A DNA stretch of 64,000 bases from Pirellulales bacterium (GCA_963733035.1 CAVTBU010000006.1:448001-512000); one strand, 5' to 3'; numbered from the stretch's first letter, positions 38,658 through 50,192 are shown. A program made the numbers and translations. Notes: generated by a model not told the origin, from the sequence alone.

Positions 38658-41600
38658 CTAGGGAGAAGGAATGGTCTGTTGACGTTGCGGAAGAAGCCGC
38701 TCGAGCTGCTTGCCCAGGCCGTTTTGCAGCACGCCTCGCGTGAGACTTTGCAAAATGCCCGCGGTGATCTGCCGAAGCGTTCCCCGATCGAGTTGCGGTT
38801 TGCTCAGCGTGCCCCCAATGGGAATGCGAATGACCTGACCCTCGAGTGTTCCCAGCGCCAGGTCGCGCCCGAGGAGATTCGCCTGCAAGGGAATTTCCGC
38901 CACCATGGCGAGCGATTCGTCATCCAGCCCAACCGATCCGTATGTCGAGATGGGCAGCGTACCAACTACGAACTGCAGATTCCGATGATAAACCCGGCGC
39001 TCAACCATGCGGAATTCCACGTCGCTGGTGTCGATGCTCATCAACGCGCCCGTCTGATCGTTGAGCGGTTGGAAATTGCCAGCCTTGAGTACCGTGAATA
39101 ACTCGTTAACCAGGATCATGAACTCGTGTGCGACGGGCCCCGGCTTGACTTGGGCGCGAATTGCCATGTGACCCGCCAGGTCGCCCCCCTTGGGGTCGCG
39201 AATCGGAACCCGTCCACCGTCCATCGATACCGAGAACCGCCCTTCGGCCACGGTAGTTTCGGCCACGATGGGTGCCACGAATTTCAGGCCGCGTCGGCAC
39301 ATCTCGGGCGAAAGATGGATGTTCGTCAACAGCGGGCCACGCGGAATGTAAAGTTCGGCCGGCGTGGGAGTCAGCCGTACTAGCGGCGCGAAGGTCAAAC
39401 GACCGTCGCTCACGGCCACGTCGATTGGCTGCACCTGAATCTGGCCCTCGCTCAGCGTGGCGGCAATATCGCCCTGGCCAACCACGAACCCGTGCATGCT
39501 AATCCCGCTCCAACCAACCGCTGCGTTGCCAGTGACTTGCTTCCAGGAATCGGCCGCCGCAGGCGGGCCGGTGAGGCGGCCATTGACGGCGAACTTTCGG
39601 GATTGCTGTCCGGCGATCTGGAAGCCGTCTCCCAGGTAAGGACGCCACAATGGGGCCAGCTGCTGCCAGTCGTACTGGATCGTGCCGTCGATATTTACAT
39701 TTCCGCCCTGCTTCGAGAGGGGTAAGTCTCCCTTGGCGTCGCAACGTAGGGCCGCCGACGCAACCTGAATCTGATCGAGTTTGAGCGTCTCGCTCGCAGG
39801 ACGATAAGTGGCAAGCGCCGCCAGCGTGATGCGGGGTTCCTGCCATGTGGCCGAAGTTGCGCCTCCGGCCTGTTGCGCAAGATCGACCAGCACCAATTGG
39901 TCGACGGAGCCATCGATGCGGGCGGTTGTCGATTCGGCGTCAAGTTTGAGTTGCGTCTGTGCGGCAAGCCGGCCGGAAACTCGCCAGGCGGCGGGGAGGC
40001 GCGGGTCGTGATGCCAGCGATAGAGCGTGGCCAACTCCGCGCCTAGTTGAGCCGTTCCACCATCGACTTTCCAGCCGTCGTCGGTTGTCTGTAAGATGGC
40101 ATTGCTCAGGATGGCCGTTGTCGTACCGGCGCTAAGACGAGCGGCGCTGATCTGGCCGCGACGCTTCCCACGGTCCCATTGAGCTTCACACGTCAGGTTC
40201 GCCGTCGGTTCATTGACGAACCATTCATGTCCCCACACATGCAATTGTGCGAAATCCGCCTTGGCGTGTTCGACTTCGATCGTTTCGGGTGAGACGGTTA
40301 TCGCGACTTGCAGATCGCCGGCACCGCGCAAATCCCAACCCGTTATTCCCAGACAAGTGTCCAAGCGAGTTGCCCAGGGCTCCAGGTTGCCCCGCCACGA
40401 GCATTGCAGCGGCCAGGAGGACGACGAAGCGGGGTTCACAACAGATTGGCGCAATTGCACGCCAATCCGGTCGCCGGCAACATCGAAAGTAATCGTGCCG
40501 CGGTCGATTCGCTGGAGCGATTCCTTTTCGAACTTTCCACCCACGTCGAGCGTCGCCACGAGTTTTTCTTCTCGCCAGGGCTGGCCGCCGGCAGTCGGCA
40601 CGAACTGAAACTCGCGGGCTTCGAATTGTCCTTGCGCGGTGAATTGGTCACCGGCGAGGCGTTTCAGTTCTAAGCGGGCGTCGCCCTGACCGGCCAGTTG
40701 CAAATCACTCAGATCCGCGAACTGCTTCAATTCGTTCACGAGTCGCGCCAGGTCGAAGTTGGCCGTTGCCGTTAGGTCGTCGATGCTCCCTTTCGCCGTG
40801 GCGTGCAAAAAGCTGGACGTGCACTCGGCCCGATCGACAACCAAGCCGTGTTTCGACTGCCGGGCGGCAAAGTCCAGGGCCAACGGATTCTCCCAGACCA
40901 GGGTGCGACCGTCGGCATTGGCGCCCAAGTGACTTGCGGAGATTTGGCCGCTCCACACCGATTCGCCGTCTTCGTGTCCGCTCGTAATTGCCAACTGAAC
41001 TTTACCCGAGGTAATTTCGGTGCCCTCGCGAATGCGAAGTGTGTCTGGCAGTACGCGAGCGACGGCCACCAGGTCGATTTCGCCCCGAACGTTGAACGTT
41101 TCCCTGAGCAGTGCTGCCAACTTGTCGGTGGCCGAAAAGTCGTCCATTCGGGCCGTACCCGTCAAGGTGACGTTCCCGAGTTCACAGTCGATGCCTAATT
41201 TCTGGATGTCGAGGAGTTCACCGTTTTGAATCACGTGACACGGGACCTCGATGCGCGCCAATTGCACCGTGTCACTCCCCAGTGCATCTGCGGCGAAGGT
41301 CAGTTCGGTGACGAGCGCTTCGCCCTGAATGGAAGCCTCGCCACTTTCGGCCAGCTTGCCCCACGCGCCGTTCAATCGCGTCGACAACCGGCCCGCGAGC
41401 GTCGCGCCCTTGACGTGGCGCCTCAAAATTGGATCGGCGAGTTCCAGTGGCAGGGCGGTTGAGTTGCACTCGACCTTTCCGCTCGCCAGGGCATTCTTGC
41501 CGTCTTCCGATCGCTCGGTGCGCAGGTCGAGTGCGAATTTGCCGGGCTGCTTGCCATCGACGAGCGAGCCGTTGGCCGCGACGACGATCGGCTGATCGCT

Positions 41601-42176
41601 GTCGGCAATTGCACAATCGACGGCCAATTGTTCGATGCGAAACTTGCGAGCCGGGGGTAGGTCCTCGATTTCGACCGTGCCATCGGTGACCTTGAGTTCT
41701 ACTGCGACCTTGCCGTTGGTGTCGCGCTGGATGACCTTGGCAAATAGACGTTCGAGGTTCGTATCCCGCTCGTCGCATACGATGTGCAGGACGGGCTGGT
41801 CGATCTCGACGACACCCAGACTGCCAAAGTCGAGTAGCAAACCGATCAGTGACTTGCTGGTGCGGAGTTGGGCTACCTGGGCCACGATCTTGTCGTCCGC
41901 ATCGCGAAGTTCCAGATTGTCGACTACCACGTTAGAAAACCAACCCAGCGATGCGGACCCGAGTGTAATTGTGCCATCCAGTTCCAGGCTCGACTGCAAC
42001 AGGCTGTTTCGTAGTGAAGTATGGGAAATGATGTAGGGAGCGAAATAGGTTGCCAGACACAGCAACAGAATCATGGCAATGCCGCCATTGCGAAACGCAT
42101 GTGAGCGACGGGGAAGCGAGTCCTCGAAGTCGTCGTGCTGGCTCGAGCGTTTGTCTTCTACCGTGGCCATGGCCAA
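38658..42176 (-). CDS. AsmA-like/repeating beta-groove envelope protein
   Basis: 1172 aa, single N-terminal TM, amphipathic beta repeats, C-terminal G.VGLD..L...IPIGGTLSKPQLD. Confidence 0.7.
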   Translation of the reverse strand: MAMATVEDKRSSQHDDFEDSLPRRSHAFRNGGIAMILLLCLATYFAPYIISHTSLRNSLLQSSLELDGTITLGSASLGWFSNVVVDNLELRDADDKIVAQVAQLRTSKSLIGLLLDFGSLGVVEIDQPVLHIVCDERDTNLERLFAKVIQRDTNGKVAVELKVTDGTVEIEDLPPARKFRIEQLAVDCAIADSDQPIVVAANGSLVDGKQPGKFALDLRTERSEDGKNALASGKVECNSTALPLELADPILRRHVKGATLAGRLSTRLNGAWGKLAESGEASIQGEALVTELTFAADALGSDTVQLARIEVPCHVIQNGELLDIQKLGIDCELGNVTLTGTARMDDFSATDKLAALLRETFNVRGEIDLVAVARVLPDTLRIREGTEITSGKVQLAITSGHEDGESVWSGQISASHLGANADGRTLVWENPLALDFAARQSKHGLVVDRAECTSSFLHATAKGSIDDLTATANFDLARLVNELKQFADLSDLQLAGQGDARLELKRLAGDQFTAQGQFEAREFQFVPTAGGQPWREEKLVATLDVGGKFEKESLQRIDRGTITFDVAGDRIGVQLRQSVVNPASSSSWPLQCSWRGNLEPWATRLDTCLGITGWDLRGAGDLQVAITVSPETIEVEHAKADFAQLHVWGHEWFVNEPTANLTCEAQWDRGKRRGQISAARLSAGTTTAILSNAILQTTDDGWKVDGGTAQLGAELATLYRWHHDPRLPAAWRVSGRLAAQTQLKLDAESTTARIDGSVDQLVLVDLAQQAGGATSATWQEPRITLAALATYRPASETLKLDQIQVASAALRCDAKGDLPLSKQGGNVNIDGTIQYDWQQLAPLWRPYLGDGFQIAGQQSRKFAVNGRLTGPPAAADSWKQVTGNAAVGWSGISMHGFVVGQGDIAATLSEGQIQVQPIDVAVSDGRLTFAPLVRLTPTPAELYIPRGPLLTNIHLSPEMCRRGLKFVAPIVAETTVAEGRFSVSMDGGRVPIRDPKGGDLAGHMAIRAQVKPGPVAHEFMILVNELFTVLKAGNFQPLNDQTGALMSIDTSDVEFRMVERRVYHRNLQFVVGTLPISTYGSVGLDDESLAMVAEIPLQANLLGRDLALGTLEGQVIRIPIGGTLSKPQLDRGTLRQITAGILQSLTRGVLQNGLGKQLERLLPQRQQTIPSP

Positions 42177-42501
42177 CCTCGGTGCATTTCGGAGGATGAG
42201 GTCGATTTGCCGAAATCCTGGAGGGCGACTTGTCCTCCGGATCGATCTTAACGCGGCTACGAATTTTAGACGGCTTGCCTCGGAAGTGCACTGTCATTCT
42301 GGGCGATGTGGGACCGATGGCAACCCGGCGGCATGTGCTATAGAATCGACATACTTGGGGGCCCCGACCTGCAAACCCGGTTTTATCGCTGTTCGGAAAC
42401 GATGATATCGCTTTTCTGCGGACGGGAGGCGGGCCTGACTTACACCGCGACAGCATTGCTAAGCTGGCACGGTGCCGCACCTTGAGGCGAGGAATTGCAA
42501 G

Positions 42502-43794
42502 ATGGCGACACTCCCGTCGGTTTTCCGCCTGCGACAAAAATTCGACGCGCCGCGGGTCGAGGACATTTCCGGGGAAGTTGCGCGCCAACTTGCGGGGTTG
42601 CGGCTCCAGGACACAATTCGTCCGGAACAAAGTGTCGCTATCACGGCGGGTAGCCGAGGGATCGCCAATATTCGAGTGATCACCAAGGCGGTTGTCGACC
42701 ATATGAAGCGTTTGGGCGCCAAGCCTTTCATCGTACCGGCCATGGGAAGTCACGGAGGCGGAACGGCCGAGGGTCAGCGGCAGGTGCTCAACTCGTACGG
42801 CATCACCGAGGACTATTGCGGCTGTCCGATTCGTTCGAGCATGGAGACGGTTGTTGTCTGCCAGACCGCCGAGGGGTTTGATGTCCATTTCGACCGTCAC
42901 GCCTTCGAGGCTGATCACGTGCTGGTTTGCAACCGCATCAAGCCCCATACCGGCTTCGTCGGGGATATCGAAAGTGGCTTAATGAAAATGATGCTCATCG
43001 GGCTGGGCAAGCACGAGGGGGCAAAAATCTATCATCGCGCGATTCAAGATCATAGCTTCGGCCAAATCGTTCGTAGCGTTGCGGGGCGGGTGCTTGAGTC
43101 GTGCCGAGTGGCTGGTGGCCTGGCGATCGTCGAGAACCCCTACGATCAAACGGCGCATCTGGAGGCCGTCGCGCCGGCGAATTTCGAAACTCGCGAGAAG
43201 GAACTGCTGGTGATGGCCAAAAGGTTGCTGCCGCGATTGCCGTTTGAGCAGATCGATTTGCTGATCATCGACGAGATTGGCAAAAACATCAGTGGCACTG
43301 GCATGGACACGAACGTCGTCGGCCGCAAGTTTCACGAACATCGCGCCGCCAAGAACGAGTTTCCCAAGATCAAACGTATCATGGTGCGCGGCTTGACTGA
43401 GGCGACGCACGGCAACGCGTCGGGTATCGGACTCGTCGAGTTTGTCACCAGTCGGGCACTCGCGCAAACGGACATGCGGAAGACGCGGATCAATTGCATC
43501 ACGGCTGGGCACGTTTCCGCGGCCATGATTCCGATCGACCTGCCGACCGACCGCGAAACGATCGAAACCGCCCTTACGACACTAGGCTTGGTGTCGCCCG
43601 CGGAGACGAAGATAATTTGGATTCGCAATACGCTGGACTTGGGCGAGGTGGAATGTTCCCAGGTCTATCTCGACGAAGCCCGCGAGCGCGAAGACTTGGA
43701 GATCCTCACGCCGCTTCGTGCGATGCCGTTCGATGCCGCCGGGAACCTACCGGACGACGGCGTGCAAGCCTTCGCGAACCTTGGTTCCCGTTAG
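42502..43794 (+). CDS. Lactate racemase (LarA) N-terminal domain family protein
   Basis: VAITAGSRGI, PAMGSHGG, NRIKPHT, ESGLMKM..IGLGK, GKNISG.GMD. Confidence 0.8.
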   Translation: MATLPSVFRLRQKFDAPRVEDISGEVARQLAGLRLQDTIRPEQSVAITAGSRGIANIRVITKAVVDHMKRLGAKPFIVPAMGSHGGGTAEGQRQVLNSYGITEDYCGCPIRSSMETVVVCQTAEGFDVHFDRHAFEADHVLVCNRIKPHTGFVGDIESGLMKMMLIGLGKHEGAKIYHRAIQDHSFGQIVRSVAGRVLESCRVAGGLAIVENPYDQTAHLEAVAPANFETREKELLVMAKRLLPRLPFEQIDLLIIDEIGKNISGTGMDTNVVGRKFHEHRAAKNEFPKIKRIMVRGLTEATHGNASGIGLVEFVTSRALAQTDMRKTRINCITAGHVSAAMIPIDLPTDRETIETALTTLGLVSPAETKIIWIRNTLDLGEVECSQVYLDEAREREDLEILTPLRAMPFDAAGNLPDDGVQAFANLGSR

Positions 43795-46700
43795 TCGCCG
43801 ATATCAGGTTCCTTACGAGCTTTGATCGTGCGCTGCTTCGCTTTGAGCAGGCGGGCAGTGTAGCCTTCTTCTTCGACCTGCGGCGCTAGACCTTGGCCGT
43901 GCGTGGACTTGAGCGTGCGGGGTTCCGTGGCGACGGCCACTGCTTCTCCGCTAAGTTCGGACGCGCCCTCTGTTTCTGGCTCGAACCGCGCGGCAGCGCG
44001 GCGATCTTCGAGTTGTTGATCGATTTCGGCCTTGCGGGTCTGCAGGCGTTCGAGCGAGCGCGGTTCTTCGATGGCTTGCTGCCGGCGTGTCAAATACTGA
44101 CCGATCCGGCGGAACGTGGCCGGCAACCAGGCAAAGCTAACGATCACTCTGCGGTTGAACACGTCGAACAAAAACAGGCAGCCGGCTGCAAGCGCTAGTA
44201 AATGCCAGCTATCCTGGCGGCTAGTGGCCTGCTGCAGATCGTGACGAAAGACGTTGGTCGCCAGCGCCCTATCAAGATCTTCGCCGGCTTGTCGTTCCTC
44301 CAGCACCTCTCCTGGTTTTCCGCCCCTGGGCGTGAGCGAAGCCAGGTTGCGGAGCATCTGCGGATTGCTCTGGCGATCGTTAAACTCGGCCGAATAGGGT
44401 ACGTTGACTCCCGCCCGCACGGGCGCCTGATTCGGACCCGCGACGATCGAGAGAAAGTAGCTACCCGGCTGGGTTGCCGGCACACGGGTTACGTATCGTC
44501 CCGGGGCGGTCTGTTCGAGCTTCAAATCGACCGCGTCGATATGCGGGCCGAGTAGCGTACCGCCGAGGTCGAGAAAATTGAGGAACTGATCGTCCTTGTC
44601 GAGTGCCGTCACGACGATCTGAATCTGGCCATCCTGCACTTCGGCAAAGACGTCGAGGGAGCCTTGCTTGTCCGTCGGCCGCATCGTCCAGCGAACCATT
44701 TGCGTAAAGAATTGCTCGTAACCAGACCACTCCGGCCAGGTCTTGGTCCAGCGCTGCCCGGCATCGGTGGTGAACGCCACGGCTCGCCCCAGTCCGTATT
44801 GCCAAGTTGCCAGCAACGAATTCTGATTGCCAGACGGCCGCGGCGACACGATGGGGATCTCGACCAACGGGCTGTCCTTGGGACTGGTCATCACGAACCC
44901 GGTCATGGGCGGCAGCGTCCCTTCGATGCCGTCCAGAATCTCGTGACTTGCCACGCGCTGCGGCGAAATACCTTGAACGTCTTCAAAAATCACCGGCCGT
45001 GCGACCCGCATCGCTTCTTTCATAAAGATGCGGGGAATCGTTCGCGGGTTGTCGACCAGGTAGTATTTTCCGCCGCCCGTGCGGGCAATGTCGTTGAGCA
45101 ATTGGACCGCCGCATCCGCTCCGACTGCCACGGTGCTCGTGGTGATCTTTTGCTGACGGGCGACCTGGGCCATATAGGTGAAATTGCTGCCATGCGTTTG
45201 GCCGTCGGTGAGCACAATCATGTGCTTCACGGCGGCGTCCACCTTCCGCAAAGCCATGTAACCTTGAGCCATGCCCGGTTCCATGTCTGTGCCGCCACCG
45301 GATTCGAGTCGGGCAATGCGGCGAAAAATCGTCTCCGCGTTGTTGATCTTCGTCGTCGGCACAATCCAGTGCGCCGCCGAATCGAATGACACGACTCCCA
45401 CCGAATCGTCATGGCCCAACACCCGCACGGCCGCAATAGCGGCCGCTTTGCTTAGCTCGAGCTTCTCGCCAGACATCGAGCCGGAGCTGTCGATCACCAG
45501 CATCAAGGCTCCGCTTGGCACCACCTTGGCGTTCTTCACTTGGAAGTTGACCGGCATGGCCTCTTCGAGTGCCGTGTTGGTCCAGCCGCCGGCACCGAAA
45601 CTGTCGGGTCCACCCAGCACCAATAGCCCGCTCCCCATATGCTGGGTGTTTTGCGCCAGTATTTCGATTTGTTCGTCGCTGAAGGTAACGAGCTGGTCCG
45701 CGGCGTCACCCGTTGTGCGGGCTACGTCGCCTAGGATTACCAGGTCGAAGCGTTGCAACTCGGCCAGACTCGTGAACAGCCGGTTGCTCGGCTGGACGAC
45801 GACCTCCAGCTGGTGCCGACCGAACAGCTCGACAAGTTCACGGAACTTGCCTGGCTTGGCGAAATCTTCGATCAACAGCACTTGTCCGCGACCTCGAACG
45901 TGTGTGAACGCCGTGGCCTCATTGTTCTCGACGAGCGAGTCGCCCTTCGGGTCGTCGGGTACAAACCGTGCCGAGTAAGTGTAAAAGTCCGGTCGGGCAA
46001 TTTCTTCCTGAAACGAAAGCACCTGTTTGCCGGGGGCAAGCGTTACTGGGCGATCTGCGAGCGTCTGGGTTTGGCCGCTTGCCGTTCGGCTGATACGGAG
46101 GCGTCCGTTGACCGCTGTCGCTTCAGCGTCTCCAGAGTTGTTGTTGAGGACAACGCGGGCTTCGAAAGGTGTGCCCTGGCGAATGTCTTGCGGCAGCGCG
46201 ATCTTTTCGACCGACACTTCGCGCTGTCCCCCACGTTCCAACGGAAGGACATCGATCCCGATTCCCAGTTCAGCAAGTTGTTGAGCCTGCGCTTGGGCAT
46301 CGCCGAGGTTCTCGTTGCCGTCACTAATGATCACCACGCGTTTGGCCGCGTCGGCGGGAAACACCGCTTGAGCCAAACGCAAGGCGGCAGCCAGATTCGT
46401 GGCCTCACCGTCAACATCGCTTTCGAATCGGGCCGGTAAATGCCTACTGCCGGCCAGCGGCGGCGATTCGACTGCGGCTTCACGTCCAAAGACGATTACT
46501 CCGGCACGGTCCTCATGCTTGCGGTCTGACTGCGATTCGGTGGCGCGTTGAATGTATTGAACAACTTGGCTTGCCGTGTCGGCGGGTATGCTGGCCGATC
46601 GATCCACGACATAGAGCACGGCCACGCGATCGCTCGTTCGCACAAGTTGGATTTCGGCCAACGCCGCCACTAGCAGCAATACCAGCACCGTTCGCACGCC

Positions 46701-46829
46701 TAGCGCCGTCCAGCGCCGCCACGCGCCAAGTCCAGCGAGACTATGTCGACCGATCCACCACAAGACCGGCAGCACAGCCAGCAAGAGCAGATAGGAAGGC
46801 CGATCAAAAGCGAGTCGATAATCGAGCAT
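43791..46829 (-). CDS. Membrane protein with two VWA domains and a GATase-like domain
   Basis: BatA-like N-terminal TMs; DRSAS and DSSGSM MIDAS motifs; LTDG; WQYGLGRAVAFTTD. Confidence 0.85.
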   Translation of the reverse strand: MLDYRLAFDRPSYLLLLAVLPVLWWIGRHSLAGLGAWRRWTALGVRTVLVLLLVAALAEIQLVRTSDRVAVLYVVDRSASIPADTASQVVQYIQRATESQSDRKHEDRAGVIVFGREAAVESPPLAGSRHLPARFESDVDGEATNLAAALRLAQAVFPADAAKRVVIISDGNENLGDAQAQAQQLAELGIGIDVLPLERGGQREVSVEKIALPQDIRQGTPFEARVVLNNNSGDAEATAVNGRLRISRTASGQTQTLADRPVTLAPGKQVLSFQEEIARPDFYTYSARFVPDDPKGDSLVENNEATAFTHVRGRGQVLLIEDFAKPGKFRELVELFGRHQLEVVVQPSNRLFTSLAELQRFDLVILGDVARTTGDAADQLVTFSDEQIEILAQNTQHMGSGLLVLGGPDSFGAGGWTNTALEEAMPVNFQVKNAKVVPSGALMLVIDSSGSMSGEKLELSKAAAIAAVRVLGHDDSVGVVSFDSAAHWIVPTTKINNAETIFRRIARLESGGGTDMEPGMAQGYMALRKVDAAVKHMIVLTDGQTHGSNFTYMAQVARQQKITTSTVAVGADAAVQLLNDIARTGGGKYYLVDNPRTIPRIFMKEAMRVARPVIFEDVQGISPQRVASHEILDGIEGTLPPMTGFVMTSPKDSPLVEIPIVSPRPSGNQNSLLATWQYGLGRAVAFTTDAGQRWTKTWPEWSGYEQFFTQMVRWTMRPTDKQGSLDVFAEVQDGQIQIVVTALDKDDQFLNFLDLGGTLLGPHIDAVDLKLEQTAPGRYVTRVPATQPGSYFLSIVAGPNQAPVRAGVNVPYSAEFNDRQSNPQMLRNLASLTPRGGKPGEVLEERQAGEDLDRALATNVFRHDLQQATSRQDSWHLLALAAGCLFLFDVFNRRVIVSFAWLPATFRRIGQYLTRRQQAIEEPRSLERLQTRKAEIDQQLEDRRAAARFEPETEGASELSGEAVAVATEPRTLKSTHGQGLAPQVEEEGYTARLLKAKQRTIKARKEPDIGD

Positions 46830-46906
46830 CGCGGCCACTCGCGAGGATTCCGGGGCCACTGGACGACCTGCCAATGCGGCAAGTTCACAATCTCGATTGT
46901 ATCCGA

Positions 46907-49147
46907 CTAGAGGTGGAAGTTGAACGTGCGCATCAGCCACCGCCACGCCCGTTTTCCCAGCGGTTGCCATTCGGCCGAGACGCGCGCCGTGCCGCTTAAA
47001 CCTTGCACGAGGGCCCCCGTGTCGTCGTCAATTTCGGCCCGGGCCTGATACGACGTGTTAATGGGGCGTTCGACACCCGTGGAATCCTGCTTGCTCATCA
47101 GGCTACCGCCGGATTTGCTGGACATTTGTCGGCTGGTAAATTCCATTTCGGGGCCAATCTCGACTAGGGTTGAGTCAAATGTGCGATTTGGGAGCGATTC
47201 GAATTTGATTTTGACTTCTTGGCCCTCATGGATGAACTCAATCTCGTCCTGATCGATTACGATATTCGCTTCCCACTTGGTGGGATCGCCGATTTGGCAA
47301 TAGAGCGCGGGCGGTTCGAGGAAAGCCCCCACATTCGACTGCTCCAGTGGGCTGCCGCTCCAAGTTGGCAGCTGTTTATCGCCTGGGTCAGGACGCTTCG
47401 CGACCGACGGCGGTGGCAGCACGGTACCCGACACCGGCGCGATCAGCTTCAAACGCTCCCGATCTTCGAGCCGTTGCGAGAGCAGCTTTTCCGAGGCGTC
47501 GAGAGCCTTCTCAAGTGCCGGTAGCGTCAGGCTGGCTGTCGCGTTCGAAACTTCGAACTGTTCGTGCTTGAGCACTTCCAGGTGAATTCGGTCTTGAGCC
47601 ACATTGGACTGCAACTCGTTGATCTCTAATTCCAGTGGAATGCTGTTCAGTTGCGCCAGTTCCTGGTCCTTGACGACTTTCTGGCCGGATTTCACATCGA
47701 TTTTTTCCAGGAGTCCCGGCACTTGCACGTATACCGCCTCGGCGTCACGCGGCTTGAGTTCCAGCGGGCACATCACTCGGTACGGCAGGGGGACGAACAT
47801 GATCAAGGCGGCCACGACCGCCAGAATGCTTAGCGTGGCGTAGACATTCTTGCGTTTCACTTTGTGAAGCCTTCCGGGAACGTAGAAGAACTTACCGACC
47901 TTATAGATAGGTACGACCACCAGACTGCCCATCGAGACGACCGCCAGCATCTGGCTCAGAATCTTCAAATCGTACGGCTCGAGTACCTTGTACAGAAAAA
48001 ACAAAATGCCAAACAGCACGAGCCATTTGTAGATCGAGGCCGCCACCGTATAGAGTGCGAAGAACACCTGGTTCCGTTGCGGGAGAAACGGATCCTCAGG
48101 CTCCTCCAGTCCCAGGCACCAGGCGCCCAGCTTGCGGTTGAGAATCTGGCTGGCCTTTTGCCGCAGATTTGGGATTTCCGTGAGGTCCGACAGGATGTAA
48201 TAGCCGTCGTACCGCAGCAGCGGATTCGCATTGAAAATGAGAGTACTCACCGAGCAGACGAACATCGTGCTCAGCGCCAACTGATGGAGCATGCCCGGTG
48301 TACTGAACCACCACAGATACGTGCAGATCGACGCGATCACGATTTCGAAGTACATTCCCGCGGCACCGATGGCCGCACGATGCCACTTGTTGGGCAACAT
48401 CCAAGAGTCCGAGACGTTGCAATACAAGCAGGGCGTGAGCACCAGCAGCATGACGCCCATTTCATGGCATTCGCCGCCAAAATGCTTGCAGCTCAGGCCA
48501 TGACCAAATTCGTGAATCACCTTGGTTACGGCCAACGTCACGCCCAAATAGATCCAGTTCTTGGCTTCGAAAAACTGGTGGAACGTCGGTAGCTTTTGTT
48601 GGAACGTATCGAACTGCACCAGTACCAACAACAATGCCGAGAGTGCGAATAGCAAACAACAAACTAACGCCGTCCTGGTGAAGAACCAGAGCATCTTTGG
48701 GTGGAGCCAGTTGAGAATACGTTCGGGGTCGATGCCTTTGAAACGCATCGCCAGAACGTTGCTGGCCGCACCGGCAAATTCTTTCCACTTGCGCTCGGTG
48801 TTCCGCTTGCGGAGCTGTTTGCCCTGGCCAGGCACATTGGCGATGACCAGCCCGCTGCGATGCAGCATGCCCACGAACTGGCCCAGTTCCTCGACTGTGA
48901 TCTTTTGCGGTGGAAAGCGGCGTTCGAATTCGACCTTGATTTCATCGAGGCTCGTTTCACCGTCAAGCATCTGCAAGATCGCGTACTCTTCTTCCTGGAA
49001 ACGGAAGTACTTCAGGCCCACGGGCTCCTTGATCACCCAATAAACCTGACCCAGGTAGCGATGCTGCGCCGCAGATAGGTCCGGGCGCATCCGCAGTTTC
49101 ATCGCCCGCGCGGAACTGGAAACGAGACTATCGGCCAAACTGACCAT
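46907..49147 (-). CDS. Site-2 (M50) metalloprotease fused to an HlyD-like adaptor, with PqqD-like N-terminus
   Basis: HEFGH, NPLLRYDGY, multiple TMs, lipoyl-like/coiled-coil C-terminus. Confidence 0.85.
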   Translation of the reverse strand: MVSLADSLVSSSARAMKLRMRPDLSAAQHRYLGQVYWVIKEPVGLKYFRFQEEEYAILQMLDGETSLDEIKVEFERRFPPQKITVEELGQFVGMLHRSGLVIANVPGQGKQLRKRNTERKWKEFAGAASNVLAMRFKGIDPERILNWLHPKMLWFFTRTALVCCLLFALSALLLVLVQFDTFQQKLPTFHQFFEAKNWIYLGVTLAVTKVIHEFGHGLSCKHFGGECHEMGVMLLVLTPCLYCNVSDSWMLPNKWHRAAIGAAGMYFEIVIASICTYLWWFSTPGMLHQLALSTMFVCSVSTLIFNANPLLRYDGYYILSDLTEIPNLRQKASQILNRKLGAWCLGLEEPEDPFLPQRNQVFFALYTVAASIYKWLVLFGILFFLYKVLEPYDLKILSQMLAVVSMGSLVVVPIYKVGKFFYVPGRLHKVKRKNVYATLSILAVVAALIMFVPLPYRVMCPLELKPRDAEAVYVQVPGLLEKIDVKSGQKVVKDQELAQLNSIPLELEINELQSNVAQDRIHLEVLKHEQFEVSNATASLTLPALEKALDASEKLLSQRLEDRERLKLIAPVSGTVLPPPSVAKRPDPGDKQLPTWSGSPLEQSNVGAFLEPPALYCQIGDPTKWEANIVIDQDEIEFIHEGQEVKIKFESLPNRTFDSTLVEIGPEMEFTSRQMSSKSGGSLMSKQDSTGVERPINTSYQARAEIDDDTGALVQGLSGTARVSAEWQPLGKRAWRWLMRTFNFHL

Positions 49148-49197
49148 GTTCGACTCAACGGGTGCAAAGCTTCAGGGTGCCGTCGAATACGAGGGCT

Positions 49198-50130
49198 CTA
49201 GTTACGTTGCCCACGCGATGCAGCGGGATGAACCGGTGCCTTCCGTGGCGTGGCCGCAACCGGCCGGCTGACGTGGATCGTCATCGACGCTTTGAGGCCG
49301 GCACGAACCACGGGCAAATCGTTCTCCATCGTCGCGTCGATCTCCGCATAGACCGGCAGGTGTCCAAGCGTCACGACGGGGCTCACGTAGGTTACCGTGC
49401 CGGGAACCTTAATTGCGCGGCCGCGAGGAAGTTGCACTTCCACCGTCACGTCGCGACCCGCGATGTCTGTCGGGCCCCACTGACTGGCGTCTAGATTGCC
49501 CATTACGCGAAGCCGCTTGATGCCGACCACTTGCACTACAGGTTCGCCTGAGGCCACCCACTCTCCTGGCTTCTTGATGACGCTTGTGATTACCCCGTCA
49601 AACGGGGCGCGCAAGATCCGCCGGTCGAGCGCCACCTGGGCGGCGCCCACTTCGGCTTTCTTGGCCTTTGCGGTCAACTGGTTTTCGATTTGCTCTTCCA
49701 TCGTCTGCTCGGTTGCCAACTCAGCTTTCTTGAGTTCGAGCTTCGATTTCAATATGTCGATGTGGCTTACCGTGCCGGGAGCGCGGCGGTTGGCTTCCTC
49801 ATATTGTCTAAGTGCGGCCTGGGCCACGTCGGCCGCTGCTTTGGCGTGGCGGATGTTGATGTCGCTGTTGGCCTTTTGAGTCGCCGCTTCATATTCGAGT
49901 TGTTTGACGTCCAGGTTGGCTCGGGCCTCGCTCTCATCGATCAGCCCGAGTTCCATCCCGCGCGTGACCTGCATGCCTTCGGAAGCTTTGAGATGCGTAA
50001 GCACTCCGGCGTCGGCTCCGGGGACGTATTGATCGTCGATCGAGGCGATGACACAGTCTTGGATTTGTGGATCGGTGGTTCCGGTCGGATCGGCGGTCAC
50101 CGCCAACATGAGTAGAATCGACGCGAGCAT
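49198..50130 (-). CDS. HlyD/RND periplasmic adaptor subunit
   Basis: Signal peptide, lipoyl half-motifs (LRAPFDGVI..GEWV..GEPV), alpha-hairpin. Confidence 0.85.
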   Translation of the reverse strand: MLASILLMLAVTADPTGTTDPQIQDCVIASIDDQYVPGADAGVLTHLKASEGMQVTRGMELGLIDESEARANLDVKQLEYEAATQKANSDINIRHAKAAADVAQAALRQYEEANRRAPGTVSHIDILKSKLELKKAELATEQTMEEQIENQLTAKAKKAEVGAAQVALDRRILRAPFDGVITSVIKKPGEWVASGEPVVQVVGIKRLRVMGNLDASQWGPTDIAGRDVTVEVQLPRGRAIKVPGTVTYVSPVVTLGHLPVYAEIDATMENDLPVVRAGLKASMTIHVSRPVAATPRKAPVHPAASRGQRN

Positions 50131-50192
50131 GGGATACCTCTCCCTTTCGGTTTTCCCGGAGCGGCGACCGGCTGGTCACCACGCCGCCAAGA